Source of the DNA: Candidatus Micrarchaeota archaeon
GTDB lineage: Archaea > Micrarchaeota > Micrarchaeia > Anstonellales > Anstonellaceae
Assembly: GCA_026414185.1 (NCBI GenBank)
Contig: JAOAJL010000001.1
Span: 545-64,544 of the forward strand
DNA length: 64,000 bases
Reading direction: 5' to 3'
Each line of letters starts with the position of its first letter. Position 1 is the stretch's first letter. Under the pieces are notes generated by a model that was given only the letters and a program-made list of their open reading frames with translations, was not told the origin of the DNA and did not search any database. Both the position numbers and the translations under genes were made by a program. Of this stretch, positions 1-9,130 are shown piece after piece.

Positions 1-181
1 CTTTCTCTTTTAGGTATTCCTTGGCTTCGGCTGCGACTTTTCCTATTGCTGTGGAGAGCCGCTGGGAAGAAGAATTGGCGTGCTGTTCGGATAGCGGCTG
101 CTTTGAGCCGAAGCTGCGGCTGATGGAGACAATCTCGCCTATCGCGTTGATTGATGGCGTGATTTGCTTTCTTCTTGCCAT
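1..181 (-). CDS. Hypothetical protein, N-terminal part (runs off the window edge)
   Basis: ATG at 181 preceded by a GGTGAG SD; open frame MARRKQITPSINAIGEIVSISRSFGSK... to the edge; not in the ORF track. Confidence 0.6.
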   Translation of the reverse strand, partial: MARRKQITPSINAIGEIVSISRSFGSKQPLSEQHANSSSQRLSTAIGKVAAEAKEYLKEK

Positions 182-293
182 TCTCTCACCGCTTGCGGTT
201 TTATGAAAAATGAATAAAAAATAATCGCTTGCCGGTCGGTTTTGAGCATGCTCTTAAAACCGATTCTGCCCAATAGGTTGGGGGCGGTTTGCT

Positions 294-875
294 ATGCCGC
301 AAAGGAAGCGAGTAATCGTCATACATGGATGGGGAGGCGACCCGAACGGAGGATGGAAGCCGTGGCTCAGAAGGCAGCTTGAGGCGCGCGGCTTTGCTGT
401 GGAAATTCCGCAGATGCCGGATTCCGAAAATCCCAAGATGGGAAGGTGGTTGGAAACGCTTGGCAGGATTGTGAGAAAGCCGGGCATCGGCACGATACTG
501 GTCGGGCACTCGCTTGGGGCAGTCTGCATACTCCGCTACCTTGAAAGGCTGGGGGAAAGCGAGAAGATGGGCGGAGCGGTGCTTGTGGCTGGCTTGGCAG
601 AGGACACAGGCATACCCCAGCTGAAAAGCTTCTTTCCGCAAAAGTCCTACGACTGGGAGAGGATACGGAAGCACTGCGTAAAATTCATAACCATAAATTC
701 TGACGACGACTGCTACGTGCCGCTTTCGCACGGCAGGACTTTCCGCGACAAGCTCGGCGCAAAGCTCATCATCAAGAAAAGCCATGGGCACTTTTCGTCA
801 GCAGACGGCTTTGACCGGCTGCCTGTTGTGCTTGAAAGCGTATTGGAAATTGCAGGGGAGAAAGAGGGCGGCTGA
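294..875 (+). CDS. RBBP9/YdeN-family alpha/beta hydrolase
   Basis: IHGWGG, GHSLG nucleophile elbow, SDDD acid and GHF catalytic His. Confidence 0.9.
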   Translation: MPQRKRVIVIHGWGGDPNGGWKPWLRRQLEARGFAVEIPQMPDSENPKMGRWLETLGRIVRKPGIGTILVGHSLGAVCILRYLERLGESEKMGGAVLVAGLAEDTGIPQLKSFFPQKSYDWERIRKHCVKFITINSDDDCYVPLSHGRTFRDKLGAKLIIKKSHGHFSSADGFDRLPVVLESVLEIAGEKEGG

Positions 876-1067
876 ATGGCTGCTTGCTGGGAGAGAAAAT
901 CCGCTTAGGCGCTCTGCTGGCGGCACTCCGGCTTGCCAGTCTGCTTTTGGCATTGGGGGATGGTGGGCGGCGGGGTTTGGCATTAAGGGCGGCTTTTTTG
1001 CCGATTGGCGCTAACCTTATAAACCCCTTGGCGCTAAAAGCAGATGCGCTCTTTCTGTCAAGAGGGA

Positions 1068-1100
1068 GCCTGTGAATTCCGCAAATGCGCGGGATGAGGT
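1068..1100 (+). promoter_or_regulatory. Putative kink-turn L7Ae autoregulatory element in the rpl7ae 5'UTR
   Basis: GCC-TGTGA...hairpin...GATGA-GGT overlapping the GAGGTGA SD; TATA-like CTTATAAA at about 1016. Confidence 0.65.
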
Positions 1101-1107
1101 GAAAGGC

Positions 1108-1626
1108 ATGGCAAAGTCATATGTGAAGTTTGAAACGCCGAAGGACGTGCAGGCAAAGGCACTTGAGGCGATAACAGTTGCTGCCGACACTGGAAGAATC
1201 AGGAAGGGGGCGAATGAAACCACTAAGGCAGTGGAGGGTGGGAATGCGCTCCTTGTTGTGATAGCGGAGGATGTTGAGCCGGAGGAAGTGGTGATGCACA
1301 TACCCATGATTTGCACTGAGAAAAACGTCCCTTACTGCTATGTGCCTACGAAAAAGGAGCTTGGGGCGGCTGGCGGGCTTTCAGTGCCTTGCGCGGCAGT
1401 TGCGATTGAGAAGGCGGGCAATGCCGCGGAGCTTGTCAAGAGCATAGCGGAAAAGGTGGGCAAGGTTGCGCCCAAAAAGGAGGAGAAAAAGGAGGCGCCA
1501 GTTGCCGAGCAGAAGCAGGCTGAGGCAGCCGCAGAGGCGGAGCAGAAGCCTAAGAAGGAGAAAAAGCCGCGTGCGAAAAAGGAGAAGGCGGCAAAGCCGG
1601 ACAAGCCGGCTGAAAAGCAGGATTAG
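1108..1626 (+). CDS. rpl7ae: 50S ribosomal protein L7Ae (eL8) with K/E/A-rich C-terminal tail
   Basis: [34 protein letters not shown]; conserved L7Ae-S28e-L24e-ndk cluster. Confidence 0.97.
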   Translation: MAKSYVKFETPKDVQAKALEAITVAADTGRIRKGANETTKAVEGGNALLVVIAEDVEPEEVVMHIPMICTEKNVPYCYVPTKKELGAAGGLSVPCAAVAIEKAGNAAELVKSIAEKVGKVAPKKEEKKEAPVAEQKQAEAAAEAEQKPKKEKKPRAKKEKAAKPDKPAEKQD

Positions 1627-1635
1627 GGTGTTGCG

Positions 1636-1854
1636 ATGGCTGCGGCAGGACAGGAGGCAGTGGCGGTTGAAGTGGTTGAGGTCATTACAAAAACAGGGAT
1701 TCACGGCGAGGTCTATCAGATAATGTGCAAAGTGCTTGAAGGAAAGGACAAGGGCAGGGTGATCCGCAGGAACTGCAAAGGGCCGGTCAAGAAGGGCGAC
1801 ATTATGCTGTTGCTTGAAACTGAGAGGGAGGCAAAGGAAATCAAGGCAAAGTGA
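1636..1854 (+). CDS. rps28e: 30S ribosomal protein S28e
   Basis: [47 protein letters not shown]. Confidence 0.96.
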   Translation: MAAAGQEAVAVEVVEVITKTGIHGEVYQIMCKVLEGKDKGRVIRRNCKGPVKKGDIMLLLETEREAKEIKAK

Positions 1855-1916
1855 CAGCCAAAGCAACGTGCGCTGGCAAAGGCGGGGCTGAAGTGGCTTT
1901 CTGATGTGGTGTTTGC

Positions 1917-2195
1917 ATGGCATTCTGTTCTTTCTGCAACAACGCAATACCGAAAGGGACTGGGGAGCTTTATGTCCTGCGCGACGGGACTGCGCTTAGC
2001 TTCTGCTCCTCCAAGTGCAAAAACAACTACGCGCTTGGAAGGGAAGGCAGGCTGCTCAGATGGACAAGCAAGCAGGCGGTGCTTACGACTGAAAAGAAGG
2101 CTGAGGAAAAGAAGGAGTCTGCGCTTGCCAAGGAGATAGAGGCAAAGCTAAAGGAGAAGGAGGAGGCAAAAAAGCAGCAGGAGCAGAAAAAGTAG
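1917..2195 (+). CDS. rpl24e: 50S ribosomal protein L24e
   Basis: CSFC...GTG...FCSSKC...LRWT zinc-binding TRASH signature. Confidence 0.95.
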   Translation: MAFCSFCNNAIPKGTGELYVLRDGTALSFCSSKCKNNYALGREGRLLRWTSKQAVLTTEKKAEEKKESALAKEIEAKLKEKEEAKKQQEQKK

Positions 2196-2226
2196 GGTGG
2201 CTTTGGCTGTGCCGGCAGGGATTTTG

Positions 2227-2643
2227 ATGGAAAGCACGCTTATCATACTCAAGCCGGACTGCGTGAAGGCAGGGCTGTGCGGCACCGTTCTTTCGCGTTT
2301 TGAAAAGGAAGGCTTCACAATCGCGGCGATGAAGATGGTGCGGCTTTCGCGGGCGCTGCTTGAAGAGCACTATTCCCACCTTTCAGGCAAGCCTTTCTTC
2401 CCCTCCTTGCTTGAGTTCATGTCCTCCACGCCCGTCATCGTGGCTGTGCTGAAGAGGGAAAACGCTGTTGAAAAGGCGCGCCAGATTTGCGGCAAGACCA
2501 ACCCTGCAGAAGCTGCCGAGGGGACGATAAGAAGGCAGTATGGAAGCTCGGTGCAGGCGAACATAATACATGCCTCGGACTCTCTGCAAAGCGCTGAGAG
2601 GGAGATAAGGCGCTTTTTCAAGCCAGAGGAGATATGCGCATGA
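2227..2643 (+). CDS. ndk: Nucleoside diphosphate kinase
   Basis: TLIILKPD, GTIR, NIIHASDS catalytic His. Confidence 0.97.
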   Translation: MESTLIILKPDCVKAGLCGTVLSRFEKEGFTIAAMKMVRLSRALLEEHYSHLSGKPFFPSLLEFMSSTPVIVAVLKRENAVEKARQICGKTNPAEAAEGTIRRQYGSSVQANIIHASDSLQSAEREIRRFFKPEEICA

Positions 2644-3662
2644 AGCGCTCGGGTTTTCCCATGGCTTTCGGAAAGTTTGAAGGGTTCAAGCCTGCCGAGC
2701 TTGTTCTCTCGGCAGCCGCCCTTGTTGCCATCTTTCTTTTTCTGGATGCGAGAAGGCTTCTTTCAATAATAGCCGGGGCGGACATCTGGCTTTTTGCCGC
2801 CGCCTGTGCCGCGTATTTTTGCACCGTGCTGCTGATGACTTACCGCATACGCTATGTTCTTGGCAGGATGCACGAAAAAATAGGGTATGTGGAGTCCTTC
2901 AAGGCAAACTGGGGAGGGCTTCTTGCCTCCGACTTCACGCCTGCAAGGACGGGCTATTTTGTCACCCCGCTTCTTTTGCGCACAAACGCCGGCATACCGC
3001 TTGAAAAGGGCATGGCAACCGTGGTGATTCCGCAGATACCGGAGTTTTTCTTCAAGGCGGTTGGAGCCTCGGCGGGAATTCTGCTTCTTTTGGCTTCCGC
3101 CCCGAACCTGCAGAATGGCTCGGATTTCCTGTGGCTCGGCGTTTTGGTGATGCTTTTTTTCTGCGTTGCGATGTGGATTGTCCTTTTTGTGCCAAGGGCA
3201 GTGGAAATCGCCAGGGGCTTTGGCTTTCTTCCCCTTGTGCGGGAAATCTGCGATTTTGTTTCGCAAATCCAGGCAAACCGCATGAAGGTGAAGGAGGCTT
3301 TCCCGCGGGTGGTGCTCATATCGGTTGCGATTTTCATTCTGAAAGGAATTGAGTGGTATCTTTTCGGCGCATCCCTTGGTATAGAATTCTCAAGCGTTGC
3401 GCTTCCGCCGATTGTGATTTTCATGGTGCTCCAGCCGCTTGTCACCATCTTCCAGTTCGCGCCCTTCCCAACTGCCGCGGGGCTGGGCTTGGCGGAAGGA
3501 AGCGCGGCTGTGGCTATGGCGCTGCTTGGCATCCCTGCCGAGCTTGCTGTCGCCTACGCCCTGCTTATTAGGGGCGGAACCGTCCTTGTAAATGCCGGTG
3601 GGATATTCCAGCTTGTCCCCTACATCTTGAGAAGAAAGAAAAGGAAGGAAGAGGTGCCTTGA
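2640..3662 (+). CDS. Lysylphosphatidylglycerol-synthase TM / flippase-like (UPF0104) membrane protein
   Basis: Multiple TM helices; TPARTG and PTAAGLGLAEG...ALLIRG motifs; ATGA overlap with ndk. Confidence 0.8.
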   Translation: MKRSGFPMAFGKFEGFKPAELVLSAAALVAIFLFLDARRLLSIIAGADIWLFAAACAAYFCTVLLMTYRIRYVLGRMHEKIGYVESFKANWGGLLASDFTPARTGYFVTPLLLRTNAGIPLEKGMATVVIPQIPEFFFKAVGASAGILLLLASAPNLQNGSDFLWLGVLVMLFFCVAMWIVLFVPRAVEIARGFGFLPLVREICDFVSQIQANRMKVKEAFPRVVLISVAIFILKGIEWYLFGASLGIEFSSVALPPIVIFMVLQPLVTIFQFAPFPTAAGLGLAEGSAAVAMALLGIPAELAVAYALLIRGGTVLVNAGGIFQLVPYILRRKKRKEEVP

Positions 3663-3668
3663 CGCCCC

Positions 3669-5474
3669 CTACTCTTCCTTTTTCTTGCCAAACAGAAGAA
3701 ACGCGGCTGCCGCAAGCAGAAGCAACCCCACAACCAGGAAGACTGCGAGAGGCACCCCTTCTTCAATCTTTGGCTGGGTGGCTGGCGGCTGGACTTGCTG
3801 GTTTGGCTTTGGAGCCCCTCCGCTCGGGGGCTGGGCTGGCGGCGGGCTGACCGTCTTTGTTGGCGGCTCTTTGAGCTCTATTGTTATGTTTTTGGTTATA
3901 TTTACGCTGGTGGGGGTGCAAGGCGGAACGTAGAAGTTGGCGTTTCTCTGCTCTGTGCCGACGCTTACGCGAAGCTCATAGTCCCCGCTTTTCTCAAGAG
4001 GGATGGCAACCTCAACGTTGTTGCTTACCGTGGATGAGAAGACTTTGCTTGTCTGCGTGCCGAGATGGAAAATTTCCGCCAGCGCTGTTGAGCCCTGCTT
4101 GAAGATTTTCACTTTCAGTGTTGCGGGAGCACCTGCGCATGTGTAGCTTAGCGTTGAGGAAGAGGCGAATGAGCCGCCGCCGGTTGTCCCGCTTCCGCCG
4201 CCTCCTCCTCCGCCTCCCCCTCCGGGCGAGCCCTGCGACAGTACATTGACTTGGGCGGTTGCGGAAAGCTCTTTTGCTGGCAAGGGCGAAACAAGCTCTG
4301 CCTTTACGGCACCTGTCCCTGCCTTTGTTGCGCTGAACCTGCCTTCGGAGTCAACCTCCCCTATTCCGCCGCTTGCGCTCCAGGAGAATTCTGAGCCTTG
4401 GATTGCGTTTCCGTACTTGTCATAGGCAAACGCTTGGAACCTCTGGCTGTCGCCCACATACAGCGAAACTGATGTTGGCAGGATTGAGACCGACGCAGGC
4501 TCTCCAGGCACTACCTGAACGTAAGTTGTGCAGGAAAGCAGCGAAGAGGCTGGGTTTGGATTGGGCGTGGCATCATAGGCGGTTATTAGGACGCTGCGTG
4601 CGATTGTCCCTGCTGTGTATGTTGCCGCGCGCTCATCAGCAGAGGGCAGGGGGTCAGGGATTATTGTGCCCTCGGTTGCGGACCAGCCCATCGCCGGGCA
4701 TTCTATCTCTATTCCTTCTGCCTTTGCGGAGCGCGGGTCTTCTTGATAGCACTTGACTGAAAGGCGAAGGGTGGATGAAACTTTAACCTGCGCGCCCTGT
4801 GGAGAAATGACGCAGTAGGTGCCTGCTGACTTTGGAACGACTGACACTCTTGCGCTTCCGAATACCTCGCTACTTGCAGGCGTTGCGGAGTAAACCGCAA
4901 TCACTCTTCCTTCGCCTTTGGCTGAGGCGCTGAAAAGCCCTGTCTGAGAAACCTCGCCTATTGCGTATTCGCTCTCAATAGACCATGAAAACTGCTGGGC
5001 TAAAAAGGAGTTTGCTATCTCGTTTCCGTACTTGTCAAAAAGCCGCGCGAAAAACTGCTGTGTTGAGCCGACAGGAACCTTGGCGGATTCGGGAGTCACT
5101 GAGAGCCTGCTTGGGGCGCCAGGCAGCACCGTCACAGGGATGCTGCATGAAAATTGCGGGTCTGATGAGGGAGACGAAGTGGCGGTTATTGTGCCTGTGC
5201 CGGCAGTTGTGCCCGCAAGGAAAACAAGCGGGTCTGATGAAAATGAGATTGAGCCTATGGTTGAGGACCAGCTCATCTGCGGGCAAGTGACCTCCTTGCC
5301 CAACCCGTCGCGGCAGGAAACATAAACCGGCTTTTGCCCGTCCACGGCGATGGCGATGGACGAGGGAGTTATTGTGCAGGAAGAGGGTATCCCACTTGCC
5401 TGCCATCCAACCGGAGTTATGGATGCGCTTGAAAGCGCAACCAGAAGCGCAAAAAGCGCAAACTGCTTTATCAT
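3669..5474 (-). CDS. Cell-surface protein with alternating Cys-rich Ig-like and Big_2-like domains, Gly and Pro linkers, C-terminal TM anchor
   Basis: Signal peptide; repeats such as F.A..YDKYGN.I...FSWS...IGEV...G.FSA; C-terminal hydrophobic helix followed by KKK. Confidence 0.85.
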   Translation of the reverse strand: MIKQFALFALLVALSSASITPVGWQASGIPSSCTITPSSIAIAVDGQKPVYVSCRDGLGKEVTCPQMSWSSTIGSISFSSDPLVFLAGTTAGTGTITATSSPSSDPQFSCSIPVTVLPGAPSRLSVTPESAKVPVGSTQQFFARLFDKYGNEIANSFLAQQFSWSIESEYAIGEVSQTGLFSASAKGEGRVIAVYSATPASSEVFGSARVSVVPKSAGTYCVISPQGAQVKVSSTLRLSVKCYQEDPRSAKAEGIEIECPAMGWSATEGTIIPDPLPSADERAATYTAGTIARSVLITAYDATPNPNPASSLLSCTTYVQVVPGEPASVSILPTSVSLYVGDSQRFQAFAYDKYGNAIQGSEFSWSASGGIGEVDSEGRFSATKAGTGAVKAELVSPLPAKELSATAQVNVLSQGSPGGGGGGGGGGSGTTGGGSFASSSTLSYTCAGAPATLKVKIFKQGSTALAEIFHLGTQTSKVFSSTVSNNVEVAIPLEKSGDYELRVSVGTEQRNANFYVPPCTPTSVNITKNITIELKEPPTKTVSPPPAQPPSGGAPKPNQQVQPPATQPKIEEGVPLAVFLVVGLLLLAAAAFLLFGKKKEE

Positions 5475-5584
5475 AGGCAACACCCCGTATTTGTTTGGGT
5501 TTGCCCATTTATAATACTCACTTTTTTGTGCGGTCGCTTTGCCTGCGCCGCACCTTGCGCATTTGCGATGCCTTTGCGCTTTTG

Positions 5585-8269
5585 CTATTCAGACTTTCTT
5601 TTCCTGGAAAAGACAAATGCGTATATCAGGAAGGCAAGTATCAGCCCAAGCAGCAAGACAAGGACGAGCCAGGCAGAAAGGCTTATGCCGGCAAAGCTTA
5701 TGGATGCGGTAAGCAGGTCTTTGCTTTGCTCTTGCGAAGCCTGTGCAAGCGCCAGGCGCTCTTCAGTAGTTATCAGGCGGGGCGCTTCAAACTTCTCAAT
5801 CATCGCCTCTGTCAGCATCCTGCTTATGGAGTACTTGAACTGCGCCTTCCCCCCTGCAGGGATGGCTTTGACATTCCACTCAAAGCGGGGAGCCTGCCCA
5901 TAGGTAATTGAGCTTGGCTGAGTTTCAAAGAATATCTGGCTTGCGGAAGCCACCACGCCGGATGGGACCGAGTCCATTATCAGCGCTTCTTGCAAGGCGT
6001 TTCCTGAATTTGTGTAAGTCATTGTTATTTGGCTCTCATAGTCGGTTGCCGTGGCGTCTCGGCTTATCTTGTAGACCTCAAAAAGCTTGGAAAAGCCGCC
6101 TGCGTATCTGACCGTTTTTGAGAGGACAAGCTCGCGCTGCGGGGCAAGGCGCACTGTAACGCTCTGCGTGACGTTTGCCGTCTGAGGAGTGCAGGGAGGA
6201 ACGTAAAAGCTTGTGGTGGTCTGGTCAGTGCCCAGAGAAACGCGGATTTCGTAGTTGCCTGCCTTTTGGGGAGTGAATGAAAGCGCGGTTGTGGTGCTTA
6301 CCTTCTGGGAGAAGGCAAGCGAGGTTCTCTCCTGCCCGAGGTGATATATCGCAACTGTCGCCTCTGGGGCTGCCGAGTCGTAGTAGGTTATCGCGACGCT
6401 TGCCGGCTGGCCCTCGCAGGTGAAGCCGACTTTTGTTGAGGTCCTGAAGGACCCTCCTCCGTTGTTAGAGCCTGTGCCTATTAGCGCCCCGCCTCCGCCG
6501 CCTGTAGAAGGCGGAAGGGAGCTGACAGAAACTATCGCGGTTGCAAAAATCGGAAGACCAGGAGTGTTTGCGCGGTAGTCGGCGCGCACGGTGGTGGTGC
6601 CCACGCCAACCGCCGTGAAAAGACCGTCTGCATCTATTCTTCCGACGGTGTTGTTGACGCTCCAGTTGACTTCTGATGCCGCCAGGTCGCGTATGAAATT
6701 TCCATTCGCATCATAAGCCTTTGCGACAAACTGCTGCGTCTGCCCTGTGTAAAGTGCTGCGGAAGGGGGAAAAAGCCTCATTTGGGCTATGCCGCCTGTT
6801 GCCGCAACCACCGTCACCTCAGAAGAGCAGCGGAAAGGAAGGGCGGGGGACTGCTTTGGGAATGCCGCCACCTCCCCTCTGCCAGGGCTTGAAGGAGAGC
6901 TGAAAACTGCTGTCTGGGAGGAAGAAGGCGAGATTGAGCCTATGGTTGCGGACCAGCCCATCTGCGGGCATGGAATTTCCTCGTCTTGCTGGGACGAGAA
7001 GCAACTGACCCTGAATGTGTGCTCCTGGTTTATCCCTATTGAAAGCGATGCCGGGGAAAGCTCGCACCTTTCAGCAATCAGGGGGGTTGAGGAAACTGAA
7101 ACGTCTGCCTCGCAGGAGAACGAATCGGAAAACTTGCCTGGTGAAGAGGACTTAGTGGAAGAGGTGGCTGTCACCTTCCCGCTTCCCGCGGTGCTTGAAA
7201 TGAAATCTGCAGAGTGCGTGTCGTCGGAAACTGAGAGAGTTCCGATTGTTGAGGACCAGCTCATCTGCGGGCAGGCAAGCTCGTCCTGCTCTTCATTGAA
7301 GCACGAAACAAAGAATGTGGCTTGCTGGTTTGTTCCAACTGCTATCGCACGCGGCGTTATCTTGCAGCCTGAAGGTACTGCTGGGGCTGAAACTGAGATT
7401 TGGGCAAGGCAAGAAAAGTCTGAAGGACCGGAAAGCGCAAACGCGGAAATCGCTCCGCTGCCAGCAGAACTTCCAGCGCTGAAAAGCGCTGTGGTGTTGT
7501 TTGAGAGGACAGAGCCGATTGTTGAGGACCAGCCCATCTGCGGGCAGGCAAGCTCAATTGCTCCGTTGTGGCAGCTGACGCTGAAAAGCTGCTGCTGGCC
7601 CGCCCCTATTGAAAGCGAGGAGGGTGAAATAAAGCAGGCGTTGGGATAGGCAGGCTCCCATTCCTGAAAGACATTTACTGAGGCAAAGCAGTTGAAAAGG
7701 ATGTTGTCGTTGCCGACGCCTGAGGCAGTGATTGTTCCGCTTGCTGGCATGGAGCTTGCGGTGTATGTCGCAGAGGAGCTGCCGCCGCTTATCGTTCCTA
7801 CAGTAGCACTCCATAGAATTTGCGGGCAGGGAACCTCCTCCTGCAAGCTGAAGCAGGAAATTGAAATCTCAGCCTGCGTGCTTGTGGGGATGGAAATGGA
7901 GCTTGGCTGGAGGGCGCAGTAAATCTGCGAGGAAGGGTGCCTCTGCGTCTTGCCATCTTGGGAGGATGCCGCGGGCTTTTGGGAGTGGATTTTTTCGTCT
8001 TTTGAAACGCCACCTGCCAAACCAGAGGACGGCTGCTGGGGCTTTTGAGCGGGCTTTTCAGCAGTTCCTGTGGAGTCGGCTGATGGGGTTTTGGCATATG
8101 TATAGGCGGGCTGTTGCGCCCTGTCGGCAGAGTCCCCAAAAGAGGCAGGCTTGGTTAGGGAATAACTTGCTTGGGATTCGGCGGCTGCTGCTTGCGCAAG
8201 CAGCAGCGCAACTATCAAGATAACAGCTGACTTGAGCATGGTTGACACCCCCCTTGCCAAATACGACAT
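5585..8269 (-). CDS. Paralogous cell-surface protein with four Cys-rich Ig-like repeats, a Big_2 domain and a C-terminal TM anchor
   Basis: Four modules of C..P..SC..CPQxxWS.T[IV]G..C; alternative start at ATG 8239. Confidence 0.85.
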   Translation of the reverse strand: MSYLARGVSTMLKSAVILIVALLLAQAAAAESQASYSLTKPASFGDSADRAQQPAYTYAKTPSADSTGTAEKPAQKPQQPSSGLAGGVSKDEKIHSQKPAASSQDGKTQRHPSSQIYCALQPSSISIPTSTQAEISISCFSLQEEVPCPQILWSATVGTISGGSSSATYTASSMPASGTITASGVGNDNILFNCFASVNVFQEWEPAYPNACFISPSSLSIGAGQQQLFSVSCHNGAIELACPQMGWSSTIGSVLSNNTTALFSAGSSAGSGAISAFALSGPSDFSCLAQISVSAPAVPSGCKITPRAIAVGTNQQATFFVSCFNEEQDELACPQMSWSSTIGTLSVSDDTHSADFISSTAGSGKVTATSSTKSSSPGKFSDSFSCEADVSVSSTPLIAERCELSPASLSIGINQEHTFRVSCFSSQQDEEIPCPQMGWSATIGSISPSSSQTAVFSSPSSPGRGEVAAFPKQSPALPFRCSSEVTVVAATGGIAQMRLFPPSAALYTGQTQQFVAKAYDANGNFIRDLAASEVNWSVNNTVGRIDADGLFTAVGVGTTTVRADYRANTPGLPIFATAIVSVSSLPPSTGGGGGALIGTGSNNGGGSFRTSTKVGFTCEGQPASVAITYYDSAAPEATVAIYHLGQERTSLAFSQKVSTTTALSFTPQKAGNYEIRVSLGTDQTTTSFYVPPCTPQTANVTQSVTVRLAPQRELVLSKTVRYAGGFSKLFEVYKISRDATATDYESQITMTYTNSGNALQEALIMDSVPSGVVASASQIFFETQPSSITYGQAPRFEWNVKAIPAGGKAQFKYSISRMLTEAMIEKFEAPRLITTEERLALAQASQEQSKDLLTASISFAGISLSAWLVLVLLLGLILAFLIYAFVFSRKRKSE
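7242..7555. repeat. 41-bp near-identical DNA repeats within the adhesin modules (7242-7282 vs 7515-7555; related copies at 5245-5285 and 6930-6970)
   Basis: ccgattgttgaggaccagc[t/c]catctgcgggcaggcaagctc with 1 mismatch; the inter-gene pair has 2 mismatches in 41 bp. Confidence 0.9.
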
Positions 8270-8308
8270 CTCCTTTCTCCTTTTAACACACTCTCTTTAA
8301 ATAACTTT

Positions 8309-8326
8309 TGTTTCCACCAGGAAACA
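8309..8326. promoter_or_regulatory. Inverted repeat TGTTTCC-N4-GGAAACA immediately upstream of the BRE/TATA of the adhesin gene
   Basis: Perfect 7-bp arms; minus-strand TTATTTAAAG TATA at 8295-8304. Confidence 0.5.
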
Positions 8327-8400
8327 CAATTATCTGCGGCGTGCCTGATGAAAAGCCAGGAGTGCGCGGCGGGCTGCCTTAAGGAATGGTCGGTCTGCCC

Positions 8401-9117
8401 CTACTCTGTTTTAAGGAAGAGGAATTTTTTTGCCGCCACTCTGACGCGCAAAGGGTGCTTTTGGGAAAGCCAGCCGACAACCTGCCCGTCAACGAAAATC
8501 TGAGCAGGCTCTTTTCCCACTATCCAGACTGAAGATTTTCTGCTTGCTGACAGGATGAGCGGCTCAAACGCCCTGCGAAACGGCGCTATCGCAACTGCCT
8601 GATAGCTATTCTCTTTTGGATTCATCTGCCTCCCGCCGCAGGAGTAGCAGTAGGCGGGGGAGCCGGTCGGGGTGGAAAAAATCAGCCCGTCTGCGCGGAA
8701 GGCAAACCTCTGTCCGCCTGCTACAAGGTAGACTGAAAGCACTCGCGGCTGAGGGTTTCTTATGCCCACTTCGTTGAGGGCAAGCGGTAGCTTTTTTTTG
8801 CCTGCAGACGCCTCCAGGAGAAGCCGCTTTTCAATCCTGCCTCTTGATATGGCGCGCGAAAGCTTCTGCCTCCAATCTGAGAATGTCGCCTGGCAGATGA
8901 ACGATGTCTTGCTCCCCACTGAGAAAAACGGCTTTCCGTAGTGCTTCTTTGAAAAAAGCACCGTGCCGTCCCCTCCCAGCGTGATGATGAGTTGCGGGTT
9001 TTTTTGCGAGATGCTTATGCCCCGCAGGCGAAGGAATTCCAAGACCTCTTGCTTTGCCTTCAGAGCGGCAGGCTTCTTGCGGTTTGCGATTACGGTTGCT
9101 GTTGAGATTCTTTTCAT
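8401..9117 (-). CDS. nadK: NAD(+) kinase
   Basis: GGDGT, LNE, ADG..FSTPTGSPAY motifs. Confidence 0.9.
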   Translation of the reverse strand: MKRISTATVIANRKKPAALKAKQEVLEFLRLRGISISQKNPQLIITLGGDGTVLFSKKHYGKPFFSVGSKTSFICQATFSDWRQKLSRAISRGRIEKRLLLEASAGKKKLPLALNEVGIRNPQPRVLSVYLVAGGQRFAFRADGLIFSTPTGSPAYCYSCGGRQMNPKENSYQAVAIAPFRRAFEPLILSASRKSSVWIVGKEPAQIFVDGQVVGWLSQKHPLRVRVAAKKFLFLKTE

Positions 9118-9130
9118 CTTTTCCCTTTGC

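Noticed and set aside
876..908. 10-codon ORF after the hydrolase gene
   Set aside because: Too short and not coupled to a downstream gene; expected by chance.
5245..7555. CRISPR array or DGR template/variable repeats
   Set aside because: Repeats are in-frame coding modules with irregular long spacing; mismatches are not adenine-specific; no cas or reverse transcriptase gene is present.
6789..7649. Long antisense ORFs (also 26481-27302, 33300-34211, 50168-51043)
   Set aside because: Shadows of well-supported genes on the opposite strand in GC-rich DNA, with no motifs of their own.
8340..8400. Hammerhead ribozyme or C/D sRNA suggested by CTGATGA
   Set aside because: No correctly placed GAAA core, stems or D box.
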